A DNA stretch of 64,000 bases from Opitutales bacterium (GCA_965197745.1 CBDANS010000007.1:640001-704000), one strand, 5' to 3'. Counted from the first letter of the stretch, positions 10,409-20,325 are shown. Numbers and translations: made by a program. The notes: generated from the sequence alone by a model not told the origin.

Positions 10409-11305
10409 TTAAAAAACATTGAGGGGTATTTCGACAACGCCAAATCCAGCCGCTTCCATGTATAGTGTTCCTCTACCTGGGACACCCCCTTCCACGGTTA
10501 CACTCACGGAACGGGCGCCACCGGGGATGACTACCTCAGGCATAATAATACTGTCTGGTATATTTGTTGTGACATCAATATAAAGACCACTGTCGGGTGC
10601 TTCACCATACAATTGAAGAATAAGAATGTCGCGTCGCCCTGGTGATAATTCGAGGGCACTGGGTATTACGACAAAGCTTGCGGAATCGACATTAAATTTT
10701 CCGATAGTTAAATCTCCGTCTGCGGTCCGCAATAAAATTTCATAAGTGCGTCCTGTTGGTAAACTGGGCACCGAAAAACCAATTGAATAGGATGAGTGGT
10801 ACTCGGTTGGAATTTCTCTCTCATTAAATACAATGGTGTCATATTCAGAAAAACCGCGCCCGATAATTCCCACTTTGGAACCAACGGGTCCGCGTTTACT
10901 CTCCATTTGAATAACATATCGGTTAATGAGTTGGGTCTCGTATAATTTACTCAGGTACTCTTTATACTCGTATTCTGCTCCGCTTCCAAATTTATAATCA
11001 ACTTTGTAATAATAGTTTGAGGTACTTTGCCCCAGTGCTAATTTATAGTCGTACTCATAAATATGGGATCCTGCTTCAATCTGTCTCATGGGCAGCGTTT
11101 CTCCATTTATGACAAGGCTCACTTTAATCGTGTCATGAATAAATTGACCATGATTGATTTTAGCATTTACGGTAAAAGTATAAATGTTGGATGGGTTCTC
11201 CGCTACTTTTAATGGAGTTAAATTTTGTACCGTGACACCGCATCCCGATAACAAAGTAATCGCGGCGATTGCTATTAAGGAGTAAAGTATATTTTGTGTT
11301 TTCAT
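10409..11305 (-). CDS. Lipoprotein with IPT/TIG-like domain
   Basis: Lipobox LLSGC; RGPVGSKVGIIGRGF IPT-like segment. Confidence 0.65.
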   Translation of the reverse strand: MKTQNILYSLIAIAAITLLSGCGVTVQNLTPLKVAENPSNIYTFTVNAKINHGQFIHDTIKVSLVINGETLPMRQIEAGSHIYEYDYKLALGQSTSNYYYKVDYKFGSGAEYEYKEYLSKLYETQLINRYVIQMESKRGPVGSKVGIIGRGFSEYDTIVFNEREIPTEYHSSYSIGFSVPSLPTGRTYEILLRTADGDLTIGKFNVDSASFVVIPSALELSPGRRDILILQLYGEAPDSGLYIDVTTNIPDSIIMPEVVIPGGARSVSVTVEGGVPGRGTLYMEAAGFGVVEIPLNVF

Positions 11306-11339
11306 AGGAATAATCTTAATGCTACATTAGCAACACATC

Positions 11340-12533
11340 ATGATTCTGCAAGAAAAAGCTGATAGTGTAATCCCCTTGAGTATTTACTTTCATATTCCTT
11401 TTTGCGCTTCAATTTGTGATTTTTGCTCTTTTTATCAAAAAGTACCGCGGCGTGATGAAGTGGTGCGCTACCTCGAAGGCATGGAAGCTGAGTTGAAATT
11501 GATTACTCTTGATCGTGATGTTGATACCATATTTTGGGGTGGGGGTACACCCGGTCTTCTTCCCGCGAAAGACCTCTATAATCTTGGCCGAGCAATGCTT
11601 GATAAATTATCTAAACCTCCGCGTGAATGGACGGTGGAGTTATCACCATCAACAGTGAAAAAGGATAAGTTGGAAGTATTGTGGGAACTGGGTGTTACTC
11701 GCGTTTCCATGGGAGTGCAAAGTTTCAATGACCGGTTGTTGGAAAAATTAGGCCGACAACATAGCCGACAACAGATTAATAAAGCAATTGAAACAATAAA
11801 TCAGAGCAAAGTCGAAGTTCTCAATCTCGATCTTATTTTTTCTATTCCCGGACAGACTCTTGATGAATGGTTAATGGACATAAAATACGCCATCAGTTGT
11901 GCGCCCCATCATTTATCGACTTATTGTTTAACTTTCGAAGAGGACACAGCTCTTTATTTCCGTCTAAGGAGAGGGGAGATAAATCAGAATACACAAGGTG
12001 ATGATTCAGATTTTTACGTGGCAACCTGGGAAGCACTGGAGGATGCTGATTATCGTCAATATGAAATTTCAAACTATGCGCGAAAAGGTTTCGAATGTTT
12101 ACATAATAAAAATACCTGGCGACTTTTTGAATGGATTGGTTTCGGACCTTCAGCGGCTTCGCAATTCAGAGGACGCCGATACAGAAATGTTCCTTCACTG
12201 GATGAATGGCTTAAAGGTTTAGAAGACAATCAATTGAAATACATTGATGAGGTGGAACTAACAACAGAGATGCTGGCTGTTGATTCTATTATCTTCGGAT
12301 TGCGCATGAACGAAGGAATCAATTTGCAGCTTTTGAAAAAGCGATTTCCGACAATCAATTTTAATGAATTAAATTTATTATGGAATAAGCTCAGGGGTGA
12401 AGGACTTATTGAAAAAGGGGATGAAAAAATAATCCGCATGACTCCACGAGGTCGATTGTTGGCAGACAGTATCGCGGTGGAAATTTTGAGCCATTATGAT
12501 CCCGGACACCTGGAGTCTCCGGTCATAGTGTAA
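11340..12533 (+). CDS. hemW: Radical SAM heme chaperone HemW (HemN-like)
   Basis: YFHIPFCASICDFCSF, GGGTP, YEISNYA, HNKNTW. Confidence 0.85.
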   Translation: MILQEKADSVIPLSIYFHIPFCASICDFCSFYQKVPRRDEVVRYLEGMEAELKLITLDRDVDTIFWGGGTPGLLPAKDLYNLGRAMLDKLSKPPREWTVELSPSTVKKDKLEVLWELGVTRVSMGVQSFNDRLLEKLGRQHSRQQINKAIETINQSKVEVLNLDLIFSIPGQTLDEWLMDIKYAISCAPHHLSTYCLTFEEDTALYFRLRRGEINQNTQGDDSDFYVATWEALEDADYRQYEISNYARKGFECLHNKNTWRLFEWIGFGPSAASQFRGRRYRNVPSLDEWLKGLEDNQLKYIDEVELTTEMLAVDSIIFGLRMNEGINLQLLKKRFPTINFNELNLLWNKLRGEGLIEKGDEKIIRMTPRGRLLADSIAVEILSHYDPGHLESPVIV

Positions 12534-12552
12534 GACACTGGATCTTAATCAC

Positions 12553-13344
12553 TTATATATCATAATTGAGGTTATTGTGCTGATCCATTTCCAAAGCGGG
12601 AGATGGCTTGCGCGGTTTCCCCACTATTTTAGCGGGTACACCGGCCACCGTGGTATGGGGGGGAACATTTTCCAGGACCACGCTGCCGGCGCCAACCCAG
12701 GCGCCTTCTCCCACTTCAACATTACCCAGGATTTTAGCGCCAGCGCTGAGAAGCACTCCCGATCTAATCTTGGGATGCCGGTCACCGAGCTCTTTACCGG
12801 TACCTCCAAGAGTAACCTCGTGCAGGATTGAAACATCATTTTCAATAACCGCAGTTTCTCCTGCCACAAAACTGGTGGCGTGATCGAGCATAATCCCATG
12901 GCCAATGCGCGCAGCCGGGTGGATGTCGACCGCAAATTCTTCCGCTATGATGCTTTGAATATATGCGGATAATTCTTTACGATCTTCATTCCAGAGATGG
13001 TGAGCCATTCGGTAAGCGCTTAGAGCCATGAACCCTTTTAAATAGAGTAGCGGGGTGAGATAACTGCTGCATGCGGGATCGCGATTGTAAACCGCTAGAA
13101 TGTCGTAACGTATTATATCCACAATTGAGGAGTCTTTACGGAAAATATCCAGAAAGATATCCCGCAGTGATTCCTCTGACATGGCATGGCACCCCAGTTT
13201 TCTCGCCAGACGATAAGTAAGCGCTTCAGCCAGATTTTCACGGCTGAGGACACATTCCTTTAGAAGTTCTGAAAGAGCAGGTTCTTTCTCGGAAACAGCG
13301 GTCGCATCCTCTCGTATTTTTTCCCACACGGGATCCTCGCTCAT
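12553..13344 (-). CDS. cysE: Serine O-acetyltransferase
   Basis: RDPAC, VDIHPAARIG, LDHAT, GGTGKE.GDRHPK. Confidence 0.96.
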   Translation of the reverse strand: MSEDPVWEKIREDATAVSEKEPALSELLKECVLSRENLAEALTYRLARKLGCHAMSEESLRDIFLDIFRKDSSIVDIIRYDILAVYNRDPACSSYLTPLLYLKGFMALSAYRMAHHLWNEDRKELSAYIQSIIAEEFAVDIHPAARIGHGIMLDHATSFVAGETAVIENDVSILHEVTLGGTGKELGDRHPKIRSGVLLSAGAKILGNVEVGEGAWVGAGSVVLENVPPHTTVAGVPAKIVGKPRKPSPALEMDQHNNLNYDI

Positions 13345-13643
13345 GGATTGAAGGGGTTAAATCTGTTTATGTATTGCTATAGATGACTGTAGAGGTGAAT
13401 TAAATAATAGACTTGAATACCGCCAATCAATTTTAGCAGTAGAATATATACTCAGATAAACAAATAAATCATGTTTCAAATTAAACGAAGGAAAAGGACT
13501 CAACAGTGGCAATGGCTCATCTTCTTGTAAAGCATATAGAGATCCAGTGACCCTAAGAGAGGGTCAAAAAAATTTTCAGGAGAAGACAGTAACCCCGTTT
13601 TTTTTTGACGGAATAGAAATTTATTTAATATAAACTGCAGCAT

Positions 13644-14570
13644 ATGGAGGATGTAATCATACTTGGGACAGGATGTGCCGGACTTACTGCGGCGATTTAT
13701 TGCGCGAGGGCAAATCTTAAACCACTCGTTATCGAAGGTATTCTGCCGGGGGGTCAGCTAACCACGACATCCGATGTCGAAAACTATCCCGGATTTCCAG
13801 AGGGAATAGATGGGTTCACAATGATGGATCAAATGCGTAAACAGGCCGGCCGTTTTGGTTCTCGGTATGAAAATGACAATATTACAAGCGCTGATTTTAG
13901 TAATACGGTAAAAATAATTAAGTCTGAATATAATTCCTATGAAGCACGTGCCATAATTATTGCAACCGGTGCTTCACCCAAACTTCTCGGTATTCCGGGA
14001 GAAAATGAAATGTATGGCGGCAAAGGTGTTACCACCTGTGCTACATGCGACGGTGCTTTCTATCGCGATATGGAAGTAGTCGTTGTTGGTGGTGGCGATT
14101 CTGCCTGCGAAGAAGCTTTATTCCTTACACGGTTTTGTAGCAATATCACTCTTATTCATCGACGCGACACTTTACGCGCGTCAAATATTATGGCCGATCG
14201 AGCGCTCGCTCATGAAAAAATATTCCCTCTCTGGGACACTGTCCCGGAGGAGATTTTACCTGACGATCAGGGCAATGTCAGCGGTCTGAGAGTGCTCAAC
14301 ATAAAGACCGGAAAGCAAAGTGAGTTAGCATGCAAAGGAGTATTTATTGCGATCGGACATACTCCCAATACCCAACCCTTTAAGGGGATACTCAAACTCG
14401 ATGACGAAGGCTACATCATTCCGGAAGCGGGCAGTCAAGTTCGCACGCATATCCCCGGCGTTTATACAGCCGGAGATTGCGCGGATCATGTTTACCGGCA
14501 AGCAGTGACGGCGGCAGGAATGGGGTGTCAAGCCGCTATTGATGCGGAGAGATGGCTGGCTGAACTATAA
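13644..14570 (+). CDS. trxB: Thioredoxin reductase
   Basis: [42 protein letters not shown]. Confidence 0.96.
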   Translation: MEDVIILGTGCAGLTAAIYCARANLKPLVIEGILPGGQLTTTSDVENYPGFPEGIDGFTMMDQMRKQAGRFGSRYENDNITSADFSNTVKIIKSEYNSYEARAIIIATGASPKLLGIPGENEMYGGKGVTTCATCDGAFYRDMEVVVVGGGDSACEEALFLTRFCSNITLIHRRDTLRASNIMADRALAHEKIFPLWDTVPEEILPDDQGNVSGLRVLNIKTGKQSELACKGVFIAIGHTPNTQPFKGILKLDDEGYIIPEAGSQVRTHIPGVYTAGDCADHVYRQAVTAAGMGCQAAIDAERWLAEL

Positions 14571-14601
14571 ATATGCTTATCTGGTAGGATTGGTGGGTCG
14601 A

Positions 14602-15287
14602 TCAATCGCTGCTTTCCCCGGGTTCAAATATTCTGGAGAAGATTTGAAAACTAATAATGGCGCCAATGATAGGGCCCACCCAGTAAAGCCAGATATTATC
14701 CAAGTGGCCTGAGACTATAGCCGTGCCAAAATGGCGAGCGGGGTTCATGGCTGCTCCAGTGAGTGGTCCAATGGCTAAAATGAGCATGGCTATGGTTAAC
14801 CCAATGCCAAATCCACCAATACCCTGTGGTGCTTTGCTCCCAACCGCGGTGCCGTATATGGCCATAGCGAGCAGAATGGTAGCGATTATTTCGAGACCGA
14901 GTCCTGAACCAACCGTAATTCCCGCTCCCAGTGCAGGGTGCCCAGGTGGGTTGCCGCCGCGGCGGCAGCGGGAAATAAAATTTTGAGTAATACCCCGGCA
15001 AGCGTTGCTCCCAAAAGCTGGGCGATAATGAAATTAACCGCCGCACCCACTTTTACTTTTTTTATGAGAAACAATCCAATGGTTACCGCTGGGTTGATTT
15101 GACCCCCGGAGATATTCATTGTCATTGTAACCGCTATGGACAATGCTAATCCATGGGCCACGGCAATACCCAATAAGCCCACACCGCCGTTTGTCGCGTT
15201 ATCAACAATGATAGATCCCGCGCCGATAAAAACTAAAGTAAAAGTGCCAAACAGTTCGGCCAGGCAAGGTTTCCAATTAATATTCAT
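14602..15287 (-). pseudogene. Aquaporin (MIP family), split by a frameshift near 14938
   Basis: First NPA (ISGGQINPAVT) in 14886-15287 and second (AMNPAR) in 14602-14865; adding one C restores GTPALGAG. Confidence 0.85.
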
Positions 15288-15493
15288 AGCTATAATTTAT
15301 TTAGTGTAATTTTTTTGATTAGTATTTTCCCTACGACTCTCCCTCAGTAGCCATTCTGACGATGGTAATGCTCAGAGTAATTGTAAAGTGCTTTATAAAT
15401 ATTCAATCGGTAGTTGCAACATGCCTGATTTAAGACAAACTTTTTCCTATTGAATCAATTCACAAGACTACAGGATTAAAATAAAATATTAAA

Positions 15494-16105
15494 ATGAAAA
15501 TTACGCTATCGATAATTTCTGTGGCAGCCCTTGTTACCGCGGGTTTCAGTCACATCGCACTAGCTGATTTGAAAACCGAAACTTTGGCGCCTGACTTCTC
15601 ATTAACCGATTCCCATGGACAATCTCATACCCTGTCAGGTTTCAGAGATAAATATGTTGTGCTTGAATGGAGCAACCATGACTGTCCCTTTGTCGTCAAA
15701 CATTACAAGAGTGGAAATATGCAGAAAGAGGTTACTGATCAAGGGGCAATCAGGTTGAAAATAATTTCCTCGGCACCCGGTGAACAGGGTTATTGCACTC
15801 CGGCAGAGGCCAATAGGATCGTGGCGAGAGATAAATCCAGCTTGTCAGCCGTTCTTCTCGACCCTGAAGGGACCGTGGGTCGGCTCTACAGTGCGAGGAC
15901 TACCCCCCATATTTACATTATCGATCCTAAGGGCACATTGATTTATCAGGGAGGAATCGACAGTATAAAATCAACTGATATTTCAGATATTCCTAAAGCG
16001 AAAAATTATGTAAGAGCTGCACTGAATGAAGCTATGGCCGGTAGTTCGGTGACCAATAATAATACCAGGCCCCATGGCTGCAGTATAAAGTATGCCAGTA
16101 AATAA
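15494..16105 (+). CDS. Exported peroxiredoxin/thioredoxin-fold (AhpC/TSA-like) protein
   Basis: Signal peptide; APDFSLTD, VVLEWSNHDCPFV, ARTTPH, GCSIKY. Confidence 0.85.
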   Translation: MKITLSIISVAALVTAGFSHIALADLKTETLAPDFSLTDSHGQSHTLSGFRDKYVVLEWSNHDCPFVVKHYKSGNMQKEVTDQGAIRLKIISSAPGEQGYCTPAEANRIVARDKSSLSAVLLDPEGTVGRLYSARTTPHIYIIDPKGTLIYQGGIDSIKSTDISDIPKAKNYVRAALNEAMAGSSVTNNNTRPHGCSIKYASK

Positions 16106-16144
16106 TCTATAATCTGACAAAGTACCGCATTGAAATCTTTAATA

Positions 16145-16177
16145 AAAAGACCCCCGAGTTAAATTCGGGGGTCTTTT
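16145..16177. terminator. Bidirectional intrinsic terminator
   Basis: AAAAGACCCCCGA-GTTAAAT-TCGGGGGTCTTTT between convergent genes. Confidence 0.85.
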
Positions 16178-16276
16178 CTTAGCTATGGTTATGGTGTTAC
16201 TGGGATCAATTCTTGAATAAATTATTGCCATCATTATCGCTTTGGCTTTTGGAGTTTCTTAACAGTCCATCAAAAA

Positions 16277-16750
16277 TTAAGAGTAGTGTTCCCAACCCGG
16301 CACGGAGTGAACGGTACAAACATGCTTTCCTCCCCCTGCATCCTTAGTGGCAATGCACATATTTACCGGATAGTACTTCTGCTTATTCGTCTCATCCACA
16401 TTCAAATCTGAATTATAAGCCTGGGCCATTTTTACAAGTGAGGTGGCAATATACTCGGTGTAAAGGGTATTCATTAACCCCGCTGTTATCATCGCTTGAC
16501 GGGTCACAACGTAATAGTAAAAGTAATCAGATATATCTAACCCCTCGGGATTCTCGATTACCGCCTGGTATAATCGTTTGTTGTCCAGGTATTTTCTGCG
16601 CAGAAAACTGTTATCTAATATCTCGGTGAGATTGTTGTGAGCGGGCAGAGTGTTTTCATATACCTGACAGATGAAGGCTTTATCGCTTTTTGTGAATACC
16701 GTCTGGTCGGGACTTAATTCGAACACTTGATTGGTGAATCTTCGGCGCAT
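16277..16750 (-). CDS. Hypothetical protein
   Basis: 157 aa ORF with plausible composition; no recognised domain. Confidence 0.55.
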   Translation of the reverse strand: MRRRFTNQVFELSPDQTVFTKSDKAFICQVYENTLPAHNNLTEILDNSFLRRKYLDNKRLYQAVIENPEGLDISDYFYYYVVTRQAMITAGLMNTLYTEYIATSLVKMAQAYNSDLNVDETNKQKYYPVNMCIATKDAGGGKHVCTVHSVPGWEHYS

Positions 16751-16823
16751 AGGAAATCCTGGTTAAATTAAGGTTTATACCTTAAAATAAAATCAATATT
16801 ATACCCTATATACTACCTATATA

Positions 16824-17881
16824 TCACTCATAAAATCGGTAAACATTAAACTTATTAATAATATTTATGTTTGAAATTAGATAATCTATAATTACTTTGA
16901 CACAAAAAGGGGCTAGGAGAGCTCCTTTTGAACCTAAACCGTTAAAAATGATTATTTGGGGAAATTGCGCATGAGGTCCAATCACGGGCAGGGAATCCGT
17001 CAACGCCGGGCGAACACCCACTTGGTACCCTTTCACCATGAATTTCAATGAGGGGATAAAGGAAAGAAGGCCCTGAATAATTTCGTTTTTCCCGTTCTCG
17101 CTTGGGTGATGATCGAGGGAATGCCAAGAATAAGTGGCACCTGCCATGTAGTGTTTTGCTCCCAATGGGAGAAGCCATTTGCCACGATTCAGGATGGTGT
17201 TGGGATTAAACGGTTCGTCCGATTCGAGTAAAAGCACTTCACCCCTGGCGGGTTTGAAAGGTAAATCCTTAAACCAGGGATTCTTGAGAACTTGAAAACC
17301 TTCACAGAAAATAATTCGTTCAGCTGTCCAATTATTCCAGACAACTTTGCTATTCTCTAATTTTAAATCAGGATAGCAAAATCGAGAACGAATCCGTAAA
17401 CGCTTTTTATCGAGATAGTCACCCAGATCGTTAATCAGTTTTGATATATTGACATAGGCAGCCGGTGTCAGCGTGAAGCTTCCATATGGATCGATGAAGA
17501 TTCCTGGATTCGAATCGGGCTCATGCACGGAATTAATATATTGCATAAATGCCGGCTCTTCCTGCGACTTTTAAATAGCTGAAATTCCTTATCAGTTCCA
17601 ATGAAACGATGCACCAACATTTCATAAAAATAGCGATCGCCAAAAACTGACTCCAGTTGACGATAGAGGGTAGAAGCTTCGGAGTAGAATCGATGGAACT
17701 GCCAGGCGGATGTCAGGCGCTGACCTGTAATGGGATTGATAATGCCCGCGGCGGCGAGTGATGCGGCTCCCGTATGACCATCGTCAACAACCACAAATGA
17801 CGCCCCCCTCTTCAGCAATTGCCAGGCAAGCGAGCTGCCTGCTAACCCCTGACCAACGATAATATAATCTACACTATCCAC
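16824..17881 (-). pseudogene. FAD-dependent oxidoreductase (DAO/glycine oxidase-like), frameshifted near 17560
   Basis: N-half has YIIVGQGLAG and ASLAAAGIINP; C-half has ARGE, GVRP..D.LPVIG and NGLGSKG in another frame. Confidence 0.85.
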
Positions 17882-17895
17882 CTAAATTTAATATA

Positions 17896-18017
17896 AATCT
17901 TCGTCTTCGTCCTCGTTCTCGTCTGCATCCTAAAAAGTCTTCAATTTCTGGCTCTATGAATACTTATAAATAGTAAATTGGGAGATGCTTGTGGATTAAT
18001 TCTGGACGAAGACGAAG
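17896..18017. repeat. ~140 bp MITE-like (TTCGTC)n-ended repeat, left part; interrupted by IS110 and continuing at 19267-19284
   Basis: Rejoined sequence aligns with the intact direct copy at 19339-19475 (GTCTGCATCCTAAAAA...TGGACGA...CGAAGAGGCAGACG). Confidence 0.85.
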
Positions 18018-18025
18018 CAATTGTG

Positions 18026-18958
18026 TCATGAAGCAAGAGCTAATTGATGTTTTTTAAGAAGGGACTGCAGATGAATAAGGAGTTTTCTCATGGCCGCAAC
18101 GAGAGCACATTTGTAAGGCATTCCCCGATCGACTAACCTCTGCACATAAGGTTTGATCACGGGGTTATGTTGAGCCGCGGTGCGAGCAGCCATATAGAGA
18201 CATTTTCTGACTTTGGCACGACCTCCTTTTATCGATCGCTTAGAATGGGTCTTGCCACTGTCACGATTATAGGGAGCCAGACCGGCAAGAGCGACCAACT
18301 GATTGCGGCCCAGATGAGTCATTTCGCTCATATAAGCCAGGAGGGTCCAAGTCGTCACTTCACCGACTCCTTTGACTGAAGCGATAAGTTCGGCTTTCGC
18401 ACGCAGTGGATCATTCTCGTTGATGAGCAATCGCAGCTGTTTGTCGATGCGATCGATTTCGTTCTCAACGAAACGGATCATGCGTTGGATGGAAAGGTGG
18501 ATGCTCTTGGGACTGTTCTGCAAGCGGTTCTTCTCGCGGCCAAGCTGTTCGCTCAGATGATGGCGTCGATCCAGTAAAGCAGTCATCTGTTGCTGTTCGG
18601 GTGTCGGGGGAGCTGTTGGGGACAACTGCTTTTGCTGAGCAAAGCGCAGCAATACCTTGGCATCGATCTTATCGGTCTTTGCACGGATGCCATCGCTCGT
18701 GGCGAAGGCCCGTACGCGCGCAGGATTAATCAGGCACACCACAATCTGCGCTTCATGCAAAGCGCTCAACAAGGCGCGCTCGTAGCCTCCTGTGGCTTCG
18801 CACACCACAAAGGGGGCATCCATCTTTCCTATGGCTTTGAGCAGTTCTTTGAGTCCCGACTTGTCGTTGCTTAGAGCGTAACTTTGCTCTGCACTTTGCA
18901 CTTGCAAGGTGTTTTTGGCTATATCTATGGCGATGAGGGTGTGTTTTTTTTCATTCAT
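18026..18958 (-). CDS. IS110 DEDD recombinase (bridge recombinase)
   Basis: 310 aa; RuvC-like D (IAIDIAK), E (CEATG), D/D (KTDKIDA); Tnp domain GLAPYNRDSGK with putative catalytic Ser; GGRAKVR..LYMAA; VAAMRKLL. Confidence 0.96.
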   Translation of the reverse strand: MNEKKHTLIAIDIAKNTLQVQSAEQSYALSNDKSGLKELLKAIGKMDAPFVVCEATGGYERALLSALHEAQIVVCLINPARVRAFATSDGIRAKTDKIDAKVLLRFAQQKQLSPTAPPTPEQQQMTALLDRRHHLSEQLGREKNRLQNSPKSIHLSIQRMIRFVENEIDRIDKQLRLLINENDPLRAKAELIASVKGVGEVTTWTLLAYMSEMTHLGRNQLVALAGLAPYNRDSGKTHSKRSIKGGRAKVRKCLYMAARTAAQHNPVIKPYVQRLVDRGMPYKCALVAAMRKLLIHLQSLLKKHQLALAS

Positions 18959-19145
18959 GGCTATCTCGGTCTTGTCAAGATGAGCTCGCGGGGGTATAAT
19001 CCGGGCTCTTTCAATTGTTTGAGATTAGCCAGGTTAGATCGGAGGTTCCCAGGCTTCGTCTTGAACTCCGCTAACGCGGGTTCCAGAGGCAGAATGAACT
19101 CTTCCGATTTGCTCCCGGCTCCTCTTATTAGGAGTCGGGAGTTCC
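18958..19145 (-). ncRNA. Predicted bridge RNA (5' stem-loop, target-binding loop, donor-binding loop)
   Basis: Hairpin 19113-19140. TBL stems 19096-19108/19038-19048 and 19063-19083, guides 19085-19093 and 19054-19062. DBL stems 19021-19031/18958-18967 and 18982-19008, guides 19012-19018 and 18971-18975. Confidence 0.88.
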
Positions 19146-19256
19146 TGGCACTCTCAACCGTAGACACTGTTGAAAGCTTTTTCCAGTCCTTCCTCCGACG
19201 TGTTACGATGACCCATTCTCGGAAGGACTCAAAAGGTTGTCTTATCATCGCGGGGT

Positions 19257-19262
19257 AACCTA
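19257..19262 (-). promoter_or_regulatory. Putative -10 box (TAGGTT) of a junction promoter formed on IS110 circularisation
   Basis: In the circle, TTGCTT (18036-18031) lies exactly 17 nt upstream of TAGGTT across the CT core. Confidence 0.55.
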
Positions 19263-19338
19263 CAAGAGGCAGACGCAGACGAAGAGTGTAATATGATATA
19301 TTTGTGGTGGTAAAGGGTAGATATTAATTACCCCCCAT

Positions 19339-19475
19339 TTTCGTCTATGTCCTCGTCTGCGTCTGCATCCTAAAAACCTTCAATTCCCGGCGATTGGAAT
19401 CCTCTCAATAGCGAACCAGAAGATGGTAGTCTGTTGATCCTGGACGAGGTCGAAGAGGCAGACGAAGACGAAGAT
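19339..19475. repeat. Intact ~140 bp (TTCGTC)n-ended MITE-like repeat
   Basis: Inverted ends TTCGTCTATGTCCTCGTC... / ...GAGGCAGACGAAGACGAAG; direct diverged copy of the IS110-interrupted repeat. Confidence 0.85.
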
Positions 19476-19501
19476 TTTATATATTATTTTAACCCGCTTT
19501 C

Positions 19502-19727
19502 TCCAAGCCCCAGCGGGGCGATACATATTTAGCCCATTGCGCAAGCAATGGGTATTGTGATCTACCATCCATTTTCAGAGCCCTGGAAGGTCGACACATA
19601 TAGACTGTCAATCCGGTTTGTGTCGCCCCTCTGGGGCTTTTTTTTTCGTTAATTATTTCCCACAGCTAAAGCTATGGACTATGATTGTTTCACCCCTCCG
19701 GGGTGAAATCAACTGGGTAGACGAAGA
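19502..19727. repeat. ~225 bp self-palindromic REP/BIME-like element, copy 2
   Basis: Reverse-complement copy of 5030-5255, sharing TAGACTGTCAATCCGGTTTGTGTCGCCCC. Confidence 0.85.
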
Positions 19728-19773
19728 GCAAATTATGGAATTCTTCTACTGACGATAAAGAAACATTAGCCGA

Positions 19774-20325
19774 TTACGCATCACCTTTATTTATTCGTTG
19801 GCTGGCTTCTCTATCGAGCATGAGTAAAGCGGCAGGTTCATTGCCGGCAATTTTTAAACTATCACACATATGTCGTGCTATCGTTTCCTCTTCTATCTGT
19901 TCATCGATGAACCACCGGACAAAACTCTTAGTCTGAAAATCGCCAATTTCATCAGCTAATTGATAAATTAAACCGATTTTTTCCGAACCGTGGCACTCTT
20001 GAATCAGAGCTGTTTGGAATACATCGTGAATGCTTGTGTAGGTGTTTGCGGGGGAAGTGATTGGCTTTAAATCGACATTACCATTCCTATCCAAAAGATA
20101 ATCAAAAAATTTCATGGCATGCATATATTCCTCTTCAGCCTGAAATCGAAGCCACTTAGCAAACCCCCGGAACCCCTGACCATCCATCCATGCTGACATC
20201 GACAGGTAATGGTACTGGGCGGTTAATTCCATATTAATCTGTTCGTTAAGAGAGTCCTCTACTTTTTTTGGGACTTTATTATCCAGTTTTTTTCCGCTGG
20301 CTATTTTTGTTTTTTTTGCGCTCAT
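19774..20325 (-). CDS. ftnA: Ferritin (non-heme)
   Basis: LNEQINME..AQYHYLSMS, QAEEEYMHAMK, WFIDEQIEEE. Confidence 0.9.
   Translation of the reverse strand: MSAKKTKIASGKKLDNKVPKKVEDSLNEQINMELTAQYHYLSMSAWMDGQGFRGFAKWLRFQAEEEYMHAMKFFDYLLDRNGNVDLKPITSPANTYTSIHDVFQTALIQECHGSEKIGLIYQLADEIGDFQTKSFVRWFIDEQIEEETIARHMCDSLKIAGNEPAALLMLDREASQRINKGDA

Larger units (their letters stand above)
18018..19264 (-). mobile_element. IS110-family element (IS621-like: long left end, short right end), flanked by CT cores at 18016-18017 and 19265-19266
   Basis: Minus-strand junctions TCTGCCT-CT-TGTAGG and CACAATTG-CT-TCGTC; no TIR or TSD; removing it restores the host repeat. Confidence 0.93.

Noticed and set aside
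18884..19258. ORFs 18884-19258(+) and 18961-19248(-) in the IS110 left end
   Set aside because: No protein features; the region is better explained as structured bridge RNA with guides matching both junctions.
17896..19727. Possible CRISPR array from recurring GACGAAG repeats
   Set aside because: Repeats are degenerate, inverted and irregularly spaced; no cas genes.
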